From NCBI GenBank assembly GCA_964618655.1, contig CAZUFG010000001.1, forward strand, positions 1-58,896: DNA of 58,896 nt, given 5' to 3'. Of the stretch, positions 52,460 to 58,896 are shown piece after piece. The translations under genes and the position numbers were made by a program. Origin of the DNA: an uncultured Candidatus Bathyarchaeia archaeon. Lineage in GTDB: Archaea; Thermoproteota; Bathyarchaeia; Bathyarchaeales; Bathyarchaeaceae. Below the pieces are notes generated by a model. That model had not been told where the DNA came from, did no database searches, and saw nothing but the letters and a program-made list of their open reading frames with translations. The stretch's first letter is position 1. Each line of letters opens with the position of its first letter.

Positions 52460-52786
52460 CTACCAAAGTTTTTCTATTTTTTCAATGAGCGCTTTGTTCT
52501 TTGAGATTTTCTTTTCGTAGTCAGTTTGAAGTGAAGAATACTTTGAAATTTGATTGCGGAAATATGAATTACTATTTTTAAGAAGGGCAATCAATGCTTT
52601 CCTCAGAGCGTCTCTGTCTTCTTCGTAAGCTCTCTTGAGAACCTTAGACAATCCATATGATAGCCCTATTGTATGTCGACCAGTTAGGTCATAAAACAAG
52701 TTATCTAATTCTGTTCTCGGTAAGATTAATGGGCTATAGTCTGCTGTAGAATATGTTTCTATGATGGTCTCGATAATCGGTTCCAT
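52460..52786 (-). CDS. Hypothetical protein downstream of rad50
   Basis: 108-aa ORF with no motif I recognise. Confidence 0.4.
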   Translation of the reverse strand: MEPIIETIIETYSTADYSPLILPRTELDNLFYDLTGRHTIGLSYGLSKVLKRAYEEDRDALRKALIALLKNSNSYFRNQISKYSSLQTDYEKKISKNKALIEKIEKLW

Positions 52787-52877
52787 AACATTACAAAATG
52801 TTAGTATCTATTTCAAGTTTTCTTTATGAGACTTAACCACTTATTTTCTCCGAGACCAAGGTCTAATCCCGACAGGC

Positions 52878-54977
52878 TTACCTTTCAACAGTAGCCTTAC
52901 TCACGCCCGCCTCTTTCTCAACCCGTATGACATGCTCCGCCTTTTCCGCAAACGCCTCACTGTGGGTAACGGCGATTATCTGCTCAATAGCCTTCAAGCG
53001 AGAAATGGATTCGGCTAAGCGGTCAACTGAGCCGTCTTCCCTCCCCAAACTTTCGGTCGGCTCATCTAAGAGAAGCATAAAAAGTCCATGTCCAGTTCGG
53101 GACTGCATAATTAATTGGCCCAAGCCTATACGGTAGGCAAAGGCTAAGAGTGTTCGTTCCCCCCCTGAAAGGTTTATGACCTCTCTTTCGTAGCCTTCCT
53201 CGCTTCGAATGAGCGGCGAATAAGTCTCATCGATCTTGACGATTAGTATTGGGCCTGCCGCCCCAACGAGTCCGTCCAAGACTTGCTGAACCACACGTTC
53301 GAGGTAGGTAACGAACTCACTTCGCAGTTTAGGCTGGATGCTTCTGTAGGCGTTGCGTATGTCATCAACAACGTCCAATAACTTTTCAATCTTCTCCATT
53401 CGCTCAACTTTTTGCTGCGCATGGTCTAAGCGTTCTTTGAGGTCGTCCATCCTCAACGTTATATCTCTTTTTCGTCTTTCCGTCTCCACTAACCTAGATT
53501 TTAGAGTCGAATACTGTTCAAGGGCTGTGTCGCGAATTTTTCGAACAGATTCAAGCTCAGTAACATCAAACTTGCCTATTTCTAAACGTGTAGCGTTCAG
53601 TTGGTCCCGAACCTTTTTTTCTTGTCGTTGCTTATCGTCAAACTCTTCTGAAGTTTCGCTTAACCTAGTCTGTTCATTGGCAATTTGATCCTTTAGGTCC
53701 TCCATTCTAGGTGCAAGCAGTTGCAAGTTAGAGACGGCGAAGTTAACAACCCCACGCAACTTCTCCAACTCCTTAAGGTTATTTTGGAGTTCAGCCAGCC
53801 TTTTTTCATGTTCGGCGTTTTCTTCGTGAAGATGCTCAGTAAGACTCTTTTTGTAGTCTCCGGTTAATGGTTGGAGGCATAGTGGGCACTTGTTTTCGGC
53901 TGTGAGGCTAGAGATGCGTTTTTGAGAGGCTAAAATCTCCTTTTTGGTAGCTTCCTGATCGCCTCCGATGCTGGTCATTTGTTCTTCCAAAGAAACGAGA
54001 AATTGTTTCAGCTCTTCGAATGTTTGATTTGGGATTAGTCCAGTTTCTTGAAGCTTGTCTCGACATGCCTTTTCTTGGGTTTCTAGTGATTTTAAACGTT
54101 CCATTAGACTCTTAACTAAAACGTTCTTTCGTTCGGTTTCCTCTGCCAGTTTTGCGCAGGAATCTTCCAAGTTGACGAGGTTCGCCTGAAGTTGAGCCTC
54201 TTTTCTCCGCAACTCTTCAGTTTGTTTTCTCAGTTCCTCGAGGCTCTGAAGCCTAGAGGATGCCTCGTTTAAATTGGCCTCTGCTTGGATGATCTTTTTC
54301 CCCAAGTTTTCAAGTTCATTTTCGACCAGCGAAAATTCTTCAACTGCCTTATTATAGTCGCTTTGAAGCTTGTCCATCCCGACTACGTCTGAGTCACGTT
54401 CGTAAACGCCCTTCTCTGTTTTATAATCCCTTTGAAAATCAGCTAAATTGCCCCATGCAACCTCATAGTCTGAAAGCCCGAACAACTGATCCAGTTTTTT
54501 CTGGCGTTCTCGAGGAGTTACATCCAACAACTCTTTCAGATGTTCTTGCCGCACCCAAACAATTTCGCGGAAAAGATCTTTATCGAGACCAGTTATTGTC
54601 TTCAATTGCTCGGCAACTGCCTCGCTCTTTACGCTGGCAATCAGCTTTTCGCCTTCAAAAAGTTTAAGCTGTTCCGTGTCTTGGCTTATGCCCTTTCCCC
54701 GCTTTCGGAGAGCTCGCCAAATCGTGTAGGTTTTCGTGCCGAAGGTAAACTGAACGCCCACTTTACCGATATCGGTTCCTTCTCGTAGGAGATACTCATA
54801 GCTTCTTCCAATCGGGTCTCCGAATAGTGCGAAGTCTATGGCGTAGAGGACGCTTGACTTTCCGCATCCCATGCCTCCTACGAGGCAGTTGAAGCCTCCG
54901 GCGAAAGGAACGGTTGTTTTGACATGGGACCGGATGTTTTCCAGTTCAACGGTTTTAACTCTCATGAGAGAAAACAC
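52878..54977 (-). CDS. rad50: DNA double-strand break repair ATPase Rad50
   Basis: 699-aa ORF. Walker A GGMGCGKSS. Long coiled-coil arms flank the zinc hook ENKCPLCLQP (about 53877-53888). Signature LSGGERTLLAFAYRIG, Walker B LLLDEPTESL and H-loop VTHSE. It overlaps mre11 by 23 nt. Confidence 0.9.
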   Translation of the reverse strand: MFSLMRVKTVELENIRSHVKTTVPFAGGFNCLVGGMGCGKSSVLYAIDFALFGDPIGRSYEYLLREGTDIGKVGVQFTFGTKTYTIWRALRKRGKGISQDTEQLKLFEGEKLIASVKSEAVAEQLKTITGLDKDLFREIVWVRQEHLKELLDVTPRERQKKLDQLFGLSDYEVAWGNLADFQRDYKTEKGVYERDSDVVGMDKLQSDYNKAVEEFSLVENELENLGKKIIQAEANLNEASSRLQSLEELRKQTEELRRKEAQLQANLVNLEDSCAKLAEETERKNVLVKSLMERLKSLETQEKACRDKLQETGLIPNQTFEELKQFLVSLEEQMTSIGGDQEATKKEILASQKRISSLTAENKCPLCLQPLTGDYKKSLTEHLHEENAEHEKRLAELQNNLKELEKLRGVVNFAVSNLQLLAPRMEDLKDQIANEQTRLSETSEEFDDKQRQEKKVRDQLNATRLEIGKFDVTELESVRKIRDTALEQYSTLKSRLVETERRKRDITLRMDDLKERLDHAQQKVERMEKIEKLLDVVDDIRNAYRSIQPKLRSEFVTYLERVVQQVLDGLVGAAGPILIVKIDETYSPLIRSEEGYEREVINLSGGERTLLAFAYRIGLGQLIMQSRTGHGLFMLLLDEPTESLGREDGSVDRLAESISRLKAIEQIIAVTHSEAFAEKAEHVIRVEKEAGVSKATVER

Positions 54978-56166
54978 CCTCCAGTGTCTGCTTTACTTTG
55001 GCTTCATGCTTCATTGTCAACGGTTCGATGAGGTTAACAGCAAGCCTCGCAATTTTTTCAGCCTCTTCACGACTGTAACGTTCACAAAAAATCTCGAAAA
55101 AATATTCGAAAGCTTTCGTTTTGAGGTCTTTGAGTTCACCCTCAAAAATGGAACGAATCAATTCTTCGGGAACCTCTGTTTCCCTCAGCCAGAGAAGAGG
55201 ATGCACAAGAAGCGCCTTTTCCGCAGCAGTCCTAATCTTGGTTAGGTCCACCTCGCCACGTCCAGTTTCGGCTGGCAACACCCCCTTCAGTATCGGAACA
55301 ATAACCGCGCCCTCTTCATCCGCCTTCTTCACCATCTCAACAGCCATTTCCGTGATTTTGGCGGGAGTAGACCCACTAAAATCTTGGTCTAAAACAATGA
55401 AGTGACGTGGAGTTTCAAGCTTGATACGATGAAGCTCAGCAACTCCCTTCCGGTCCACTTCTACGTGGAAAAAGCCTTTGTGAACAAGGGCGTCCTCGTA
55501 GTTTACTGTCTCGGTGCAGCCACTATAGACGAGAAGCCCATTCTTGAAAGAATCTTTATATGGCATATGAACATGACCGCCTGCATAATAATTGAACCCG
55601 TCTGGGAGCATTTCAGGCTGAGCTTCTGCTTCCATCTGTGGAGGCTTCACACGAGGAATGTCTAATGCCATATGGAAGACAAAGATATTAAATAGGGAAG
55701 GATCAGGTGTTGGCTTGTTCTGCTCTAGAAAAACAGGCAAGTCTTCCTCAGTTCTTCCACGGGTTCGGAAGTTTGGAACCCCATAAACATAGCAGCCCTC
55801 CTTTCGCCAAGAGGCACCTTCGTGACGGGGTAGATAACGAATCAAGCCAGCGCTGTCCAACGGATTCAGGATTGTACCCGTAATCACGTTCGGGGCAGAG
55901 TCGTGGGAACCGTCAACCGTTAGTACGGGTATTCCAGCGTCTCTCAGCCTCCTAAAGTGAGTTACGGCATTTTCAAGCGTGACGTTTGAGGGGCGAGCGT
56001 GCTGAAACAAATCCCCTGCGATTATCATAAAATCTGGTTTCAACTCAATGGTTTTATCTACTACTTCTCCGAATGCGGTGTTGAAGTCTTCACGTCTAGC
56101 ATCTAAGTTATACTGGACATATCCCAGATGCAGGTCAGCCACGTGGACGAAACTGAAGGGTTTCAT
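54955..56166 (-). CDS. mre11: DNA double-strand break repair nuclease Mre11
   Basis: 403-aa ORF with the calcineurin-like phosphoesterase motifs FVHVADLHLG, IIAGDLF, VDGSHD, FHM and GGHVH. Confidence 0.9.
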   Translation of the reverse strand: MKPFSFVHVADLHLGYVQYNLDARREDFNTAFGEVVDKTIELKPDFMIIAGDLFQHARPSNVTLENAVTHFRRLRDAGIPVLTVDGSHDSAPNVITGTILNPLDSAGLIRYLPRHEGASWRKEGCYVYGVPNFRTRGRTEEDLPVFLEQNKPTPDPSLFNIFVFHMALDIPRVKPPQMEAEAQPEMLPDGFNYYAGGHVHMPYKDSFKNGLLVYSGCTETVNYEDALVHKGFFHVEVDRKGVAELHRIKLETPRHFIVLDQDFSGSTPAKITEMAVEMVKKADEEGAVIVPILKGVLPAETGRGEVDLTKIRTAAEKALLVHPLLWLRETEVPEELIRSIFEGELKDLKTKAFEYFFEIFCERYSREEAEKIARLAVNLIEPLTMKHEAKVKQTLEGVFSHES

Positions 56167-56399
56167 CGTTTTCCTCCATTTTCCCCTTTTATTTACACTA
56201 GTTAACTTTTCAATTTTTATTGGGTTTGGTTGCTTTTTAAGGGTGGGTATTCGAAAATAGCTTTTCCGCTTCCATCATTGTAAACGATTTTGAATTCTGA
56301 TACTGAATTGAAAATTTAAATGAAAAGTATTTTATGCAACCTTAATAGAAATTACTTATAGAAATGAATTAGAGCGGGTTGGATTTGGTTAAGGAAACG

Positions 56400-56867
56400 A
56401 TGTTTAGGCTGTTGTTCGAGTTGACGAAGAACTCGAAGAGAAGTGATAGAGAGATTTCAAAAACTCTCCATCTTTCACAGCCAACCATCACCAGGATGAG
56501 AAAACAACTTGAAAAAATGGGATACATCCAAGAATACACCATCATACCTGACTTGGCAAAAATCGACCTAGAAATCATAGCCTTCACATTCCTGAATGTT
56601 CACAGAGAACACGAAACATACGCTCCGTGCCTCAAATGGGTGGAAGAAAACCCACACGTTTTGCTGGCGGCTGGTGGTGATGGACTGAATAGAAACTGTG
56701 TGATGATGTCCGTGCACAAGAACTACACGCAATTCTCTGAGTTTATGTCAGAGTTTAGAACGAAGTGGGGCGCCCACGTATCCGACATCGGAAGCTTCTT
56801 AATCAGCGCGAAAGGCACATTGCCAAAACGCTTTTCCTTCAAGTCCTTAGGCAACATAAAACGCTAA
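56400..56867 (+). CDS. Lrp/AsnC-like winged-helix transcription regulator
   Basis: HTH segment: RSDREISKTLHLSQPTITRMRKQLEKMGYIQEY. I place the start at ATG 56400 (the track uses TTG 56379). A TATA-like ACTTATAGA lies at 56354-56362. Confidence 0.6.
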   Translation: MFRLLFELTKNSKRSDREISKTLHLSQPTITRMRKQLEKMGYIQEYTIIPDLAKIDLEIIAFTFLNVHREHETYAPCLKWVEENPHVLLAAGGDGLNRNCVMMSVHKNYTQFSEFMSEFRTKWGAHVSDIGSFLISAKGTLPKRFSFKSLGNIKR

Positions 56868-56980
56868 CTCAGAAAACACACGAGTAGCAGTAGAAGCCCC
56901 ATGGCTCAGCCTTTCTTCCATTTGCCTTATGGAAAATCATTTTAGATTAACTAGCGTCTTAAGTGTGAGGCGGCTTAGGC

Positions 56981-57433
56981 TTGAAGCGACAATATCCTAC
57001 GCAACCCATCGTAGGCGTCGGGGCAGTCATTCTCCATGAAGGCAGGATGATTCTCGTCAGGAGAGGAGTAGAACCTGGAAAAGACCAATGGAGCATCCCA
57101 GGCGGAGCCGTAGAACTCGGAGAAAAAATTCGAGACGCAGTCCTTCGAGAGGCAAAGGAAGAGAGCGGATTAGACATAGAAATAATTGTGGATAGGCCGA
57201 TGGATGCGGTAGACAGCATCTTCAAAGACAAAAACCAACATTTAGAATATCATTATGTGCTAATGCAGTTTCTGGCTCGACCAAAGAGTGGAACCCTAAA
57301 ACATGGGGGTGACGTCTTAGACGCCAAGTGGGTTCCGCTTGAAGAAGTGGAAAAATATGATTTGACTACGAGTTTCCGTGCATTTTTCAAAAAACACAAG
57401 AACGAATTAAAAGATTTTAGTCGCCATGTGTGA
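56981..57433 (+). CDS. NUDIX hydrolase
   Basis: Nudix box GGAVELGEKIRDAVLREAKEESGL. The start is TTG. The 3' end overlaps the convergent herA gene by 17 nt. Confidence 0.85.
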   Translation: MKRQYPTQPIVGVGAVILHEGRMILVRRGVEPGKDQWSIPGGAVELGEKIRDAVLREAKEESGLDIEIIVDRPMDAVDSIFKDKNQHLEYHYVLMQFLARPKSGTLKHGGDVLDAKWVPLEEVEKYDLTTSFRAFFKKHKNELKDFSRHV

Positions 57434-58871
57434 AGAAGAGCCTCGTTTTTCCCATCGTCTGAACGTTGAGGGCCTTAACCTTAACAACCATGGGATAGTC
57501 CTTCACCGCCTTTCCGAGAATGAGACAATGATGCGGCGGAAGGTCTCTCGCGATTAGTTTCACGGATTCTGCGTCCACTTTGGCTGCGCGGGACACTGCT
57601 TCAAGGTCATGCTCGTTTGTGAAGTTGAAGAGGAAGATGTTGTCGGCTTGGCGGTAAATGTTTTCCCGTATCGTGTCAGGCTGGTTCGTCACGAAGGTGG
57701 TGAAAACCCCGAAGTGCCTCATTCTTGTCACGATGTCGTCCCAGTAGGTTTCACGAAGGTAGAGATGAGCCTCCTCCGCAAATAGAAATACAGCCTTCAC
57801 CTTGCGTTGGGTTAAGAGCTCCACGAGTTTTCCAAGAGTATACTCCACAACGACTTGTCTGTCAATGGACGACGTGTCTTGAAGGTTTATGACCAACGCC
57901 CCGCCGCTACGGATTGTTTGAAAAATTTCTTCCAGACTCGTTGCCTCTTCGGGGTTGTCAGTAAAAAACCCAGAATTTAATAGGCTGTAGTAACGAGAAA
58001 AAAGCGCGTCCCGAACATGTTGATTGCACTTCCAGTTTCGGATGGCTTCGCCCAGCCCACGCATGGTGAGGACGCCTCGCTCGTTCAGGAACCTCCATAT
58101 CTGTCGAAACTCTCGGGCAGAGGTTCCGGGCAGATTGAGTGCGTGAAAAAGAATGTTCAACATCACGCGTAGGTCCATCTGGGCAAGCGTCACTTTGAAG
58201 TTGGCGCCCGGACTGAGCATGTGAACCTTGTCGTAGTATTCGTTTTTCTCTCCGTTTGAGGCTAAGCCTAGGCTTGTGTATTCGCCGTTGAGGTCTAGAA
58301 CCACGACTGGCGCGCCGTAGTCGACGAGCCCCAAAACGAGAAGTTTAGAAAGATGAGACTTTCCAGTTTCTTTCTTTCCAGTTACGATGTTGAGCTTTCC
58401 GTCCAATGCCCGAGCGTCCATAGTTAGTATAGATGCCTCCTTGGTTTCGCCTAGTTCGATTGGAAGGTCTCGGCTGGTCTTTGTGAGAGCCAATAGGGAG
58501 GCTACTGGAAGCTTTTTTATGTTAGACTGAGAACGGGACGGAAGCCAAGAACTGTTCACGCTAAGCCCTCCGTCTTGGATGGTTCCTCGAATCTTGCAGA
58601 TCAGCAACTGTGCGTCCTGGATGTAGGTTATGTGCGAGGCTATTTCTAGAGGGTCGAAGTCCTCGCCGCAGACATGCTGCTCGTCCCCTGAGTCTCGAAG
58701 CAACTCTTCCAAGATACCTGGGATGTTGGCGAATTGAACGTCAACAACCTGCGCGATCAAGCCCTTGCCCACTTTCGGGTCTTCGATGAGCAGATAATCT
58801 CCCTTCTCTGGGTCCTCGTTTGGAAAGCTTAAGATTTGAACGGTGTTGCCCTCTTTTCTGTACAGCCGCAT
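57417..58871 (-). CDS. herA: HerA-type (DUF87) hexameric ATPase/helicase
   Basis: 484-aa ORF. It has an N-terminal barrel-like segment (GDYLLIEDPKVGKGLIAQVVDVQF), Walker A TGKKETGKSHL, Walker B-like FLFAEEAHLYL and FVTNQPDTI. Confidence 0.7.
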   Translation of the reverse strand: MRLYRKEGNTVQILSFPNEDPEKGDYLLIEDPKVGKGLIAQVVDVQFANIPGILEELLRDSGDEQHVCGEDFDPLEIASHITYIQDAQLLICKIRGTIQDGGLSVNSSWLPSRSQSNIKKLPVASLLALTKTSRDLPIELGETKEASILTMDARALDGKLNIVTGKKETGKSHLSKLLVLGLVDYGAPVVVLDLNGEYTSLGLASNGEKNEYYDKVHMLSPGANFKVTLAQMDLRVMLNILFHALNLPGTSAREFRQIWRFLNERGVLTMRGLGEAIRNWKCNQHVRDALFSRYYSLLNSGFFTDNPEEATSLEEIFQTIRSGGALVINLQDTSSIDRQVVVEYTLGKLVELLTQRKVKAVFLFAEEAHLYLRETYWDDIVTRMRHFGVFTTFVTNQPDTIRENIYRQADNIFLFNFTNEHDLEAVSRAAKVDAESVKLIARDLPPHHCLILGKAVKDYPMVVKVKALNVQTMGKTRLFFTHGD

Positions 58872-58896
58872 AGGATTATTCCTCTGGTCCTTTGCC

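Noticed and set aside
52878-58871. HerA/Mre11/Rad50 cluster as a novel defence system
   Set aside because: The motifs and gene overlap match the canonical archaeal double-strand-break repair machinery. Nothing in the cluster is anomalous apart from the interrupted synteny.

Overview
This is an archaeal chromosomal window. Supporting genes are a Lig1-type ATP-dependent DNA ligase, Rad50/Mre11/HerA, a short archaeal-type PurA and AlaX, together with TATA-box promoters that have purine-rich SD-like leaders.

Positions 1-39.8 kb form an accessory island of mostly minus-strand genes for secreted modular surface proteins.
- I count 12 cohesin-like modules in 8 genes and 7 clear dockerins in 7 genes. 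They are combined with PKD, CARDB, parallel beta-helix and InlB-B-repeat-like modules.
- Dockerin-bearing cargo includes a 2131-aa S8 subtilase and the family-5 (OppA-type) solute-binding protein of the adjacent OppBCDF-type peptide ABC importer.
- Two cohesin proteins end in PEF-CTERM-like membrane anchors.
- A CPHC-knuckle/wHTH - TM - extracellular cohesin protein (38947-39783) looks like a membrane-tethered regulator.
- At least 11 island promoters share a 15-nt imperfect palindrome (TAGAA-N5-TTCCA) placed 5-6 nt upstream of the TATA box.
- One beta-helix/cohesin/dockerin gene is split by a 2975-bp insertion flanked by AAGAG direct repeats, and it also carries a 1-nt frameshift. The insertion holds two convergent remnants of an Mrr N-terminal domain.
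- No glycoside hydrolase domain is recognisable, so my reading is a cellulosome-like assembly for protein and peptide scavenging.

Positions 39.8-58.9 kb are mostly housekeeping:
- DNA ligase, an APC permease, a creatininase-family protein and a nitroreductase.
- A KaiC-like protein with a dead Walker A motif, AlaX and PurA.
- A fused-permease ABC importer with its ATPase and a DUF47/PhoU-like protein.
- A small protein resembling eukaryotic ribosomal protein eL22.
- Rad50, Mre11, an Lrp-like regulator, a Nudix hydrolase and HerA.

I saw no rRNA, tRNA, CRISPR array, transposase or integrase.
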